NCBI GenBank assembly: GCA_963733035.1
Contig: CAVTBU010000008.1
Span: forward strand, 448,001 to 512,000
DNA length: 64,000 nt
Direction of reading: 5' to 3'
Source: Pirellulales bacterium
GTDB lineage: Bacteria; Planctomycetota; Planctomycetia; Pirellulales; PALSA-1355
Part shown: positions 1 through 9,308 of the stretch, piece after piece
Layout of the letters: the number at the start of each line of letters is the position of its first letter
Position numbering within the stretch: position 1 is the stretch's first letter
Made by a program: the position numbers and the translations under genes
Notes under the pieces: model-generated
Databases searched by the model: none
Told to the model about the DNA's origin: nothing
Seen by the model: the letters and a program-made list of their open reading frames with translations, nothing else

Positions 1-437
1 ACCAGGCAAGCAATGCGGAGCCGCGAAAGACGCTCGTGCAGCATCACGGTTGCCAACATTGCCGTAATGACGGGGATCAGCAGATTCAAGATGGCACCGT
101 TGGAGGCCAGCGAGCGGTGTATCCCAGAGGTCATTCCCAGTTGCGCGAGCACCTGCCCCAGCACGCCGGCCAGCGCGAATCGCCACCAATCGTTCCACGT
201 CGGCCGCACACTGTTCGGGTTGCGACGCCGTTGCCAGATGAGGATCGGCACGAGCAACAGCGTGGTGATGTAAAACGGCAAAAACGTGATCGCGATCGGC
301 GGCCAATCGCGGGCTTCCAGCACTTTGACCGCGGTTCCCTGACCGGCCCAAATCAAGTTCGCCGCCGCCAGGATGAACAAGTACCACAGTCCGATGACTC
401 GGCGCGGAACGACGGCGGCTTCCGTGGAGTGATCCAT
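1..437 (-). CDS. EamA/DMT family transporter (3' end runs off the window)
   Basis: Manual translation from ATG at 437: MDHSTEAAVV..LFILAAANLIWAGQGTAVKVL..FALAGVLGQVLAQLGMTSG..SLASNGAILNLLIPVITAMLATVMLHERLS, a typical EamA repeat. Not in the ORF track because it has no stop in the window. Confidence 0.85.
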   Translation of the reverse strand, partial: MDHSTEAAVVPRRVIGLWYLFILAAANLIWAGQGTAVKVLEARDWPPIAITFLPFYITTLLLVPILIWQRRRNPNSVRPTWNDWWRFALAGVLGQVLAQLGMTSGIHRSLASNGAILNLLIPVITAMLATVMLHERLSRLRIACL

Positions 438-441
438 CGAC

Positions 442-1839
442 TCAAGGCTCCAGAGTAGCGATGCCAAAGCGGTCGGCGCCCATCGAGCTGCCCCGAAAGA
501 CATACGGCGCAACGCCGGTTTCGGCCCGATACTGCTCGACGATTTCGGACAGCGCGTCGTCGGCGCCTGCGCGGCCCAGCACCGCGACGGTGCCGCCCCC
601 GCCGCCGCCGGTAACCTTGGCGCCAAAAATTCCTCGCTGAGGACCTTGCCGGCGTGCCAGCTCGACGAGCAAATCGGTCTCTTGGCAACCGAGGCCGGTG
701 TCGGTGTAGGCCCAATGCGACTGATGCATCAGTTCCCCCATCAGCATCGCGCCCTCCAAGTTTTCGCCCGCCCCCAGCCCACGCAACAGCTCGACGAACA
801 GTTGCACGCGGTAGTTCTCCTCCACTGCGTAACGCGTGCATGCGCGAACGCGATAGACTACATCCGGACGGGCCTGCGTATAGGGATCGACGTGAATACC
901 GGCGGCGTTCAGATACTCCTGGCCGGACATCGCGGTTGGCAGCTCGTTCTCGAAGGTACGAAAAACCGAGGGCGACATGTTGGCGAGATAGCCGTTCCAG
1001 CGCGGATCGGTCCACCGAGCAATCGACGACGATGCATCGAGCGTGACCGGCAGCCCCTCACGATCGCAGATCAGCTTGTAGCCCATGAAACCAGCGGCCC
1101 GGGCGGCTTCGTATTCGATTCCGCTGACCTGATGGCTCACACCCGAGTCGATCCCCCAATAAGTCAGTCCGGCAGGCAGATGCACCAAAGGCAACGGATT
1201 GCATGGCTGGCAGACCAGCGGTAAGACGCAACCTTCGTCGCCGGAGATCACGGCGATTTGATCCATGATTCCGCACGCACTTTGGGCGATGACGTTTTCA
1301 GCCCATTGGCAGGCCTGAGCGAGTGCCACGCCGGCCAAATCGACGCCATAGGCATGGGCGGCGGCCTTCATCACGGCCACTTCCACCGCAGCCGAAGAAC
1401 TGACTCCCTTATTCAGTGGAACGTCTGATTGCACCAAGACGTTCATGCCCCGTTCTACCTGCTCTGGATGGTGTTGCTTGAGCCAGTAGAACAAGCCGAG
1501 CACGTAAGCCGTCCAGCGCACGCTTTCGTCGCCGCCGACCAGCCGACGCACCGTGTCCTCATCGGTCAGCTCGTCGAGCGTAAACGTGACGCGGTCTCGC
1601 CAGCCCAGAGCAGCCATTTGCGGATTGGAAAGCACAATGGTGCGATCTTGGCGCTGCTGAGCGGCGGCCCAGGTCGCTTCGCGAATCGTGGCTTCAAAGA
1701 CCAACCCGCCCGTGTAATCGTCGTTGCCGCCCATCAGGTCCAGGCGACCGGGCGAACGGGCAATGTGAATGGGTTGCTCGCGGTCAAACAACTCGCCACG
1801 CTGGCGCATTGCGCGTGCGGCGGAGACGAATTCGGTCAT
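442..1839 (-). CDS. GHMP-family sugar kinase (galactokinase/L-arabinokinase-like)
   Basis: SPGRLDLMGGNDDY, PLNKGVSSSAA ATP loop, CGIMDQ, GAKVTGGGGGG. Start MTEF overlaps the upstream stop (ATGA). Confidence 0.88.
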   Translation of the reverse strand: MTEFVSAARAMRQRGELFDREQPIHIARSPGRLDLMGGNDDYTGGLVFEATIREATWAAAQQRQDRTIVLSNPQMAALGWRDRVTFTLDELTDEDTVRRLVGGDESVRWTAYVLGLFYWLKQHHPEQVERGMNVLVQSDVPLNKGVSSSAAVEVAVMKAAAHAYGVDLAGVALAQACQWAENVIAQSACGIMDQIAVISGDEGCVLPLVCQPCNPLPLVHLPAGLTYWGIDSGVSHQVSGIEYEAARAAGFMGYKLICDREGLPVTLDASSSIARWTDPRWNGYLANMSPSVFRTFENELPTAMSGQEYLNAAGIHVDPYTQARPDVVYRVRACTRYAVEENYRVQLFVELLRGLGAGENLEGAMLMGELMHQSHWAYTDTGLGCQETDLLVELARRQGPQRGIFGAKVTGGGGGGTVAVLGRAGADDALSEIVEQYRAETGVAPYVFRGSSMGADRFGIATLEP

Positions 1840-3026
1840 GCCAGCCCCTCGATGCTCGAAAGCAGGTAATCGACGGCCTCGTCGGAGAGACGAGGGTGAA
1901 TCGGCAGGCTGACGTACTGATGAAACAGGGCTTCGCAACGCGGACATTCGCCTTCACCGTGGCCCAACTTGCGGTAGGCCGTGGTCAAATGAATGGGCAT
2001 GTAGTGCGACCAGACCTTGATCTGATAGCGGGTATAGAGTTCCCACATGAAGTCTTCCTTGCTCAGGGGAAACTCCGGTTCGACGAGCACGCAAAATACG
2101 TGATAAACGTGGCTGTTTTCTGGAGCCACGTGGGGCATGGTTAATCCGCGGACCTGGGACAGACGCCGGCGATAGGCATCGGCTATCTGCTGCCGGCGCT
2201 GGTTGAAGCCATCCAGCTTAGCCAACTGCACCAGGCCGACGGCAGCCTGAACATCGGTCATGCGAAAGTTATAGCCCACGTCATCAAAATCAAGCAGCCA
2301 GTAGCGTTTGCCCATCGGCTGGGCCGCTTCGTCGATGGGAAGGTACTTGCCTTTGGGGTCGTAAGTGCGGCAACAGAGCGACCGGTACGAGATCAAGCGC
2401 TCGTGCAGCTGGGGATCGTCGGTGGTGACCATGCCGCCTTCGCCCAACGTGACCATGTTCTTCTGTTGATGAAAGCTAAAGACGCCGATATCGCCCAGCG
2501 TGCCGGCTTTGCGTCCACGGTAGGTTGCCCCGGCCGTATGGGCGCAGTCCTCGACGATCCGAATGCCGCGCGGCCGAGCCAAGTCCGCGAGCGCGTCCAT
2601 GTCGGCGCACTGGCCGTACAGGTGCACCGGCAGAATCGCCTTGGTGCGAGGCGTGATTTTTCTAGCCACATCGACTGGATCGAGGTTGAAAGTACGAGGG
2701 TCGATGTCGGCAAAGACAACTCGAGCGCCGCGGGCGGCAATGGCGTTGGCCGTCGATATCCAACTGAGCGGCGTCGTAATGACCTCGTCACCCGGCCCGA
2801 CGCCGCAGGCGATCATGGCCAGTTCGAGGCCGGCGGTGGCGGAGGTCACGGCGAGCCCGAATTTCGTCCCGCAGTACCTAGCAAATGCGTCTTCGAATGC
2901 CTTGACCTTCGGCCCGCACGAGGGGGCCGAGGCCTCGAGCACCTCCAGCAGCGCCGCTCGCTCTTCCTCGCCGTAGCTCGATCCATGATTGAACTCGAGC
3001 TCGTAAAGTGCCTTAGGCAGTTGCAT
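1836..3026 (-). CDS. DegT/DnrJ/EryC1/StrS PLP aminotransferase
   Basis: AVTSATAGL, ILPVHLYG, IVEDCAH, FSFHQQKNMVTLGEGG, GYNFRMTD, SLPIHP. Confidence 0.93.
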   Translation of the reverse strand: MQLPKALYELEFNHGSSYGEEERAALLEVLEASAPSCGPKVKAFEDAFARYCGTKFGLAVTSATAGLELAMIACGVGPGDEVITTPLSWISTANAIAARGARVVFADIDPRTFNLDPVDVARKITPRTKAILPVHLYGQCADMDALADLARPRGIRIVEDCAHTAGATYRGRKAGTLGDIGVFSFHQQKNMVTLGEGGMVTTDDPQLHERLISYRSLCCRTYDPKGKYLPIDEAAQPMGKRYWLLDFDDVGYNFRMTDVQAAVGLVQLAKLDGFNQRRQQIADAYRRRLSQVRGLTMPHVAPENSHVYHVFCVLVEPEFPLSKEDFMWELYTRYQIKVWSHYMPIHLTTAYRKLGHGEGECPRCEALFHQYVSLPIHPRLSDEAVDYLLSSIEGLA

Positions 3027-3903
3027 CAATGGCCCTTTCGATCACTTGTTGGCAGGTGGGAAGCGGCGTACGGCAAACCGTGCGCAGTCGATCGGTCGCC
3101 AGAAAATCATCGCGTCCGCGTGGTGCTCGCCCGGGCACCGCGGAGTCTTGCGGCACAATCAACGATGGCTCCGCGCCCAGCCGGGTGGCGATGGCCCGCG
3201 CCAGTTCGTAGCGCGACATTTTGTCGCTTGCGCCGACGTGAAAAATGCCCCTTGCGTCGGGGTTGGAGCTTAGCTCGAGCAAATACGCGCACAGGGTGCC
3301 GACGTCGATCGGATTGCGAAACTCGTACGTGGGAGAAACGATCTGGTTTCCGGCCTGCAAATTGGCCGTTACTTTCTCGAGATACGAATTACCTCGCCCC
3401 AGAGCGCTACGCCCTAAAACCAGCGACAGTCGCACGATCGTGGCTGAAGGGAGCAACTCGGCAACAGCTTTCTCTGCCCGGGCTTTGGTCTGTCCGTACC
3501 AGTTGGGCGGCGTCGGCGGGTCCTCTTCGTGATAAATTCCCTTGGTGCCATCGAAGACGGCGTCGGTCGATGTGAACAGCATTCGTGCGCCACTTCGGGC
3601 GCAGCATTCCGCCACATGGATCGTGCCTTGCAGGTTGATCCGCTCGGCCAGGTCTCGCTCGCGCTCACAACGGTCGATGTCGGACAGCGCGGCCAAATGG
3701 GTGACGAATTGGGGCCGAACACGATCAAAGGCCTCTAGAACGCTGGGCCGGTCGGTGATGTCGATGGCTAGCGACCGATCCGCCTCGCCGGCGATTCGCG
3801 AGCCGCGCCAAACTTCGAAATGTGGCTCGGCGGCCAGCGTCCAGCGCGAGCCAACAAACCCGGTCGCTCCGACAATTAACAGCCGCGGTCTTGTGTTCGG
3901 CAT
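3013..3903 (-). CDS. RmlD-like NDP-4-keto-sugar reductase (SDR)
   Basis: GATGFVG, HLAALSDIDRCE, STDAVFDG, YGQTK catalytic motif. Confidence 0.88.
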   Translation of the reverse strand: MPNTRPRLLIVGATGFVGSRWTLAAEPHFEVWRGSRIAGEADRSLAIDITDRPSVLEAFDRVRPQFVTHLAALSDIDRCERERDLAERINLQGTIHVAECCARSGARMLFTSTDAVFDGTKGIYHEEDPPTPPNWYGQTKARAEKAVAELLPSATIVRLSLVLGRSALGRGNSYLEKVTANLQAGNQIVSPTYEFRNPIDVGTLCAYLLELSSNPDARGIFHVGASDKMSRYELARAIATRLGAEPSLIVPQDSAVPGRAPRGRDDFLATDRLRTVCRTPLPTCQQVIERAIDATA

Positions 3904-3921
3904 GGAATGATCAACCACCGC

Positions 3922-5497
3922 TCAAGGCATCTTCCGCTCGGCCGCCACAAGTTCCATCGTGCGCCACAAACGTAGCGGATGGTCTGTTTGCACCAGGTCG
4001 ATGCCCCACTCGATGGCCTGGCGATAACCCTGCACATCGACAAAAAAAGGGGCGTCCGAGAACACCTGAATCCCGTGAGCGTGGCAGTGTTCGATATACG
4101 ACTTCGATAACACGCGCCACGGCGTATCGACGGCGTACGGCTTAAGCGTCGTGGCCAGCGCATCGACTTGTGCAAGCGACCCCGCGCCTGGCATCGCACG
4201 AATGCGCGAGTCGATCTGCTTGAGTTTCGCGAGATAACCGGCGCCCTGATAGACAACCGTTCGCTCGGCCAGCCCGTGTTTCTCAAGCGCGGCGGCCAGC
4301 GCTGCGGGCGGAATATCCTTGGCGTCAAAATACAAGTTGACGTCCTTGGGAACGGCGGCCAAAAACTGTTCCAAGGTGGGCACATGCGCGCCTTCGAACC
4401 GACGACCAAACCAACTGCCGGCATCGAGCCCGGCGACGGTCGCGCTGGTCGCCTCACGGATCGGCCCCTTGCCCGTTGTCGTGCGATCAAGTTTGCCGTC
4501 GTGCAGCAGAAAGTATTCGCCGTCTCGCGACGGCCGAACGTCAAACTCGACGTAGTCGGCGTGGAGACGATAGGCCTTTTCGAACGCTGCCAGCGTGTTC
4601 TCCGGTGCATAGCGCGAAGCCCCACGATGACACGCGAACTTCACGGGACGCGGCTGCAATGCTCGATCGAGCAGGTGGGCCACGACTTCCTCGGGCACAT
4701 CGCTCAAGAGAAAATCCTGCGCCCGCCGAAGTGGCCTTGTCCCAAAAACTCGGCCCGTCCTGCTTGCCGGTTGCGTCAGCAAACACCTTGATTCCTCGAG
4801 CCCGCAACGAGGCGGCAATTGCCGGTGTGACATCCTCGGCGTGAAGTGCCACCGCCGCCGGCTGCAATTCGTCGAGCAGCGTGGCACAATCATCGGTCGG
4901 CCGACCTTGTTTGTCGAAATCGTTTGCGGAAACGTCGTTTGGCATGACTGCCAGGGTGCGCTTGGCAACGTCGCGTACGCCCCGCAGAGTGTCTTTGTCG
5001 CCCAAGACAAGGACTTGGCGCTCCATTCCGGCAGCCTTGATGGTCGCCACGAGTGCGTCGGCGGCGACGTCTTTACAGTCGAGGCATAGGTTGATCTTGT
5101 CTTTCGCGAGCGCCAGGCACTCGTCGAGCGAGAGCATCCGTGTTCCGCGAAAGCGTTTGGCAAACCAGCTTCCAGCGTCGAGTTTTTGGAGCTGCTCGAG
5201 CGTGTGATCTGCGACGACGCCTGCGCCATCCGTTTTGATATCCAGACGCTCGTCGGCGAACAGGACGTGATGGCCATCTTTTGTACGACGAACATCGACT
5301 TCGACCCACTCGACGCCGTCGTCGATGCACAATCCGATCGCCCGCTTGGTATTCTCGGGCGCCAGATGGGCCAGGCCGCGGTGGGCCACGACTGCGATGC
5401 TGCGCGGTGGCACAAGGGGCTGGAAGAAATCAATCGCCGGCTCTGCCATGGCCAAGGAACAGACGAGGCAAGCCAATCCTGCTGCAAACGGTTTCAT
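3922..5497 (-). CDS. Secreted tandem glycerophosphodiester phosphodiesterase (two GDPD domains), frameshift near 4717
   Basis: Signal peptide MKPFAAGLACLVCSLAMA, then AHRGLAHLAPENT..EVDVRRTKDG in one frame and CHRGASRYAPENT..EFDVRPSRDG in another. One extra base at GCA-G-GAT separates the frames. Confidence 0.85.
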
Positions 5498-5703
5498 AGG
5501 CTGGGGATCGAGGGAAAAGCGGATACCGGAGGAAAGCAACCGGCGGTTTGTGCGAGACCCTGAAGATAACACAGCCGCGAGACGACGTCTATTCACTGTC
5601 TCGCGACGCGTACTGCCGACTGCAAATCAGCGGAATTTGTGTCCCGCGTCGCGGTCGCACGAGCCGGATGCCATAGCTTACGAAAGTTGCGCCGCGGGCA
5701 ACA

Positions 5704-8295
5704 TCATTTCGTCGAACCTGTCCACTGAAGAGCAGCGGCGGCCAGGCGTCCGAGATCGCTTGTCGGGCCCTGTGCTGCCAGGTCCTTAAGTAGTTGAACT
5801 GCCGCAGGCGTGTCGATTTGGGCGAGCAGTGCCAACGCACGTCGCAATGTCAATTCGCTTTGGACGTCGGGTTCGCCGGCCGCCAATCGCTTTTGCAAGA
5901 TCTGTTGGCGTAGATTCTCTTCGACCATTTCACCTTCGGTTGCGCGGTTGGGATCGACGACGTCCTTGACCGGGCGCAGCTTCTCGCCCAACAAATCGAC
6001 GGCATCGTCGGCCGCGGCAGCCAGTTCCCACATCGCCCGATAGGCCGCCGTGCCGTCGTCGCCAGCCAGATCGTCCCAAAGTGCGGCCGGTGTTTTTCCC
6101 GAGGCCGGCTCAGTCGGCCGCAGGTCCCATTGGTAGCCAACTCCGTCGGCGCCGCCGGTCAGCAGCGATTGGCTATTTCGGCCAAAGTCGACGTGATACA
6201 CGTGGCCCAAATGCTTGCCGACGCTCCAGACCTTGTCGCCGCTGGCTGCGTCGTAGAGGGCGACGTTTCCGTTCATGCTGCCCGTCGCCAGCCACAAACC
6301 GTCCGGAGAAAAGCTCACCGCCCCATAGACGAAACGCCCGTCCACGGCAAACTGGCTTTGCAGTGTCATGCGATCCGCCTGCCAGACATGCACCGTGGCA
6401 TCGAGGTGAGCGGTTGCCAGCAGGCCGCCCTGGGGGGCATAGCAAACCGTGTACATGCGAAGGTCGTTAGCGTCTGGGAAGACGGGCTTCAAGTCGATTT
6501 CTTGCCGTATTTTCCCGCTTTGACCATCCCAAAGTCGCACGGTCGAATCCCAACCGGCCGTGGCCAACTCGCCAGTGGGTCCAAAAGACAGACCATAGAT
6601 GCTTTTGTGGGGGAGTTCGGCAATCTGCTCGCCGGTGGTCAGATCCCAAAGATAGGCAAACGACTGGCGGAACACGCCAGCCGCCAGGCGGCTTCCGTCG
6701 TAGGAAAACTGCAATGCTTCGACCGTTGACTTCGGATCGCGACCGCGCGGCCACTCCCAGCGATGCACAACTTTTCCGGCGGCCATATCCCAGACCGTGA
6801 CCTGATTGTTGCCCCCTTCGCCCCCGCCGCCAGCCAACTGACGGCCGTCCGGCGAGAACGTCAGTTGGGCATAGCGAGTTCCAGGTAGATCAAACTTGCG
6901 CAGTTCGACTCCCCGATCGGCGTCCACGATGCGGATGGCACCCCAACCATCCTGATAGGCTGCGGTGCGGCCGTCGGGTGAGGCAGCCACGACCTCCGAC
7001 CCCCACACACCCTGAGGTAGTTCCATTTGCTTGTGAGCGGCCAGATCCCAACGCCGCACGGCTCCGTCCCATCCCGAGGAGTAAAGCATCTTGCTGTCGG
7101 CCGTGAATGCCAGGGACCAGGGGTACCAAACGTGTCCCTTCATCTCCGTAATTTGTGCGCCATTGAGGGCATCCAAGAGCCGTATCTTGTAGTCCGTGGC
7201 GCATACCCCCACCCAATTGCCATTGGGGCTGAACGCGACGGCTGAGGTGTAGTTTTCATGGGGATCATTAAGTGGGAGCACTTGAGACCAGAGTGGCCGC
7301 GCGGACCGGACGTCGTACATTCGCACGGCGCTGTCGCGCTCGGTGGTTACGATCTGCTTGCCGTCCGGTGAAAAGTCCATGCGAACCAGCCGCGATTTGA
7401 GTGGAATCCGCCGCTGTTGCTGGCCATCTTTCGCGTCGATGATCCGAATGAATTCCGGGTTGTCGCTGGTTACCACGGCCAGGTTGCGTCCATCGGGTGC
7501 AAAACGAACGTACCCATAAGGGCCGCCAAACTGCAGTCGGTCCCGATTCTGGTTTGGCATTTCGTGGGGATGATTTTCGATCTCAAACGCGCTGCCGTCA
7601 TTGCCATGAATCACGAGGATGCCCCCCGCGCTGCCGAGCGCCATCTGTCCGTCGGCCGTGACCTCGATTGAGCGATAGTCTCCCGAGCGCCCGGCAAAAA
7701 AAGCGGCCGGTCCTGCGGCATCATCGCCCCCCCGGTCGATCACCACATCTTGATGGCGGCCGGAGCGGGTCTCCCAAATTATCAGTCCACCGGTTCTTCC
7801 GGGAGTGTAGAACTCCTGGCTGTCGGACGTAAACGCGATGGCGTGGATTCCGTAGGCAGCTCCCGGCAAGCGAAAACCGCAGTCATTTGTCATCGCCTGC
7901 CAGCGCCGTTTGCCGGTGGCTGTGTCCCAGGCGATGACCTCGTCGCCCAATGTGACGAGCGTCTTTTCATCGGGAGACAGGGCCATGTCGTGAACTCCCG
8001 AGGGAGCATGAAACCGAGTCGTGCCGAGCCGAAATCGGGCACCCTCGGGCAGCGGATCACCAAGTGCGTCGTTCTTGGGCTGCGGTGGATTGCCGGCAGC
8101 CGATTGATCGGGGGGATTTTCTGCACCGAGCACGGCTGTTCCGCCTCGTTCAAGCAGGCAGCGCACCAATGGACCAGACGGAGATACCAGGAGAAGGGCG
8201 AAGCCAGCAATGGTGAGGCGAGCCAAGAACCGAAAACGTTGTGAAGATACTCGCGATGGACAGTCACCCGAGACAACCGAATGATTTGTGCGCAA
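5704..8295 (-). CDS. WD40-repeat protein with C-terminal HEAT-like domain
   Basis: DALGDPLPEGARFRLGT leader, many FSPDG..WD repeats, C-terminal LWDDLAG..AYRAMWEL..RRALALLAQI. Confidence 0.88.
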   Translation of the reverse strand: MRTNHSVVSGDCPSRVSSQRFRFLARLTIAGFALLLVSPSGPLVRCLLERGGTAVLGAENPPDQSAAGNPPQPKNDALGDPLPEGARFRLGTTRFHAPSGVHDMALSPDEKTLVTLGDEVIAWDTATGKRRWQAMTNDCGFRLPGAAYGIHAIAFTSDSQEFYTPGRTGGLIIWETRSGRHQDVVIDRGGDDAAGPAAFFAGRSGDYRSIEVTADGQMALGSAGGILVIHGNDGSAFEIENHPHEMPNQNRDRLQFGGPYGYVRFAPDGRNLAVVTSDNPEFIRIIDAKDGQQQRRIPLKSRLVRMDFSPDGKQIVTTERDSAVRMYDVRSARPLWSQVLPLNDPHENYTSAVAFSPNGNWVGVCATDYKIRLLDALNGAQITEMKGHVWYPWSLAFTADSKMLYSSGWDGAVRRWDLAAHKQMELPQGVWGSEVVAASPDGRTAAYQDGWGAIRIVDADRGVELRKFDLPGTRYAQLTFSPDGRQLAGGGGEGGNNQVTVWDMAAGKVVHRWEWPRGRDPKSTVEALQFSYDGSRLAAGVFRQSFAYLWDLTTGEQIAELPHKSIYGLSFGPTGELATAGWDSTVRLWDGQSGKIRQEIDLKPVFPDANDLRMYTVCYAPQGGLLATAHLDATVHVWQADRMTLQSQFAVDGRFVYGAVSFSPDGLWLATGSMNGNVALYDAASGDKVWSVGKHLGHVYHVDFGRNSQSLLTGGADGVGYQWDLRPTEPASGKTPAALWDDLAGDDGTAAYRAMWELAAAADDAVDLLGEKLRPVKDVVDPNRATEGEMVEENLRQQILQKRLAAGEPDVQSELTLRRALALLAQIDTPAAVQLLKDLAAQGPTSDLGRLAAAALQWTGSTK

Positions 8296-8343
8296 GACTG
8301 TCCTCCTAGCCGGCGGTCGTGATTGTTATGTGGTCGTGCGCCG

Positions 8344-9261
8344 TCACTCGGGAAAGTGTCTCCGGGCAAAGGCGATCCACTTGCCGTCGGGCGACCAGGC
8401 TGGGTCGCGACTTTTGTCGGGTTGGCCAGGAAGCCGGCGGGGAGGCTGGTCGCCGTTCACGTCGATCACGTAGATGAACGAATCGATTGTGAAGGCCAAC
8501 TGCGAATCATCGGGCGACCAACTCACGTGGCCGCCAACCATGCCGTCGCGTTCGTAGCGCGGTTTGAACTCCTGACTCACGGCACCGACCCGGGCGATAT
8601 ACAATCCACGCGGACCATCCGCGGTTGCCCGCGAAAAAAATGCCAGACGCTGCCCATCATGCGACCAGTCATAGGCTGTGGGGCGCTGCGCAAACCCATC
8701 GACGAGTAGCCGGTCTTCGTTGTTGCTCAAATCGAGGTAGCGAACCGTGTTCCCTTGATTGAAGGCGATCTTGGTGCCGTCCGCGCTCCAACGGGGCCAG
8801 GTGCCTTCGATCACCCAGTCGCGTCCGCCCGTAGCGAGACTCTGCACCCAGATGCCGGCCCGCAGGCCTCCACCAAAATGATGAAAAACCAATTGCTGGT
8901 CGTCAGGAGACCAGTCGGGAGCGCCATGTCCTTCGATCTCCCGCAGGTTTGTTCCGTCGCGATTGACGATAAAAACCTTGCGTTCGCCGTTGGGTCCTTG
9001 CGAAACGTCGAAGGCAATACGCTGGCCGTCGTGACTCCAGCGGGGCGACCAGTGTTTCTTGAAGCCATCGACCTCCACGACTTTGCGCTCTTCGCTGCCG
9101 TCGATCTTCATGATGTATATTCCCAGGCCGTCGTCCGCACAAAGACCCACGGCCGGTAGCACAATAGCGGCTATCCACAAACCGATCGCCAATTTGCCAG
9201 CGGCGCAAATCACCTGATTCGGGGTCTGTCCTGTTCGCGGGCGACGAGTCGCGGGGATCAT
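8344..9261 (-). CDS. TolB/PD40 beta-propeller secreted protein
   Basis: Repeated PRWSHDG/PDWSPDD/PAWSPDGKWIAF, N-terminal signal peptide, AGGAG RBS. Confidence 0.85.
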   Translation of the reverse strand: MIPATRRPRTGQTPNQVICAAGKLAIGLWIAAIVLPAVGLCADDGLGIYIMKIDGSEERKVVEVDGFKKHWSPRWSHDGQRIAFDVSQGPNGERKVFIVNRDGTNLREIEGHGAPDWSPDDQQLVFHHFGGGLRAGIWVQSLATGGRDWVIEGTWPRWSADGTKIAFNQGNTVRYLDLSNNEDRLLVDGFAQRPTAYDWSHDGQRLAFFSRATADGPRGLYIARVGAVSQEFKPRYERDGMVGGHVSWSPDDSQLAFTIDSFIYVIDVNGDQPPRRLPGQPDKSRDPAWSPDGKWIAFARRHFPE

Positions 9262-9308
9262 GAATTTCTCCTGGTGTTGGATCATCTGGTGATCCAACGC
9301 GCGGCGAA

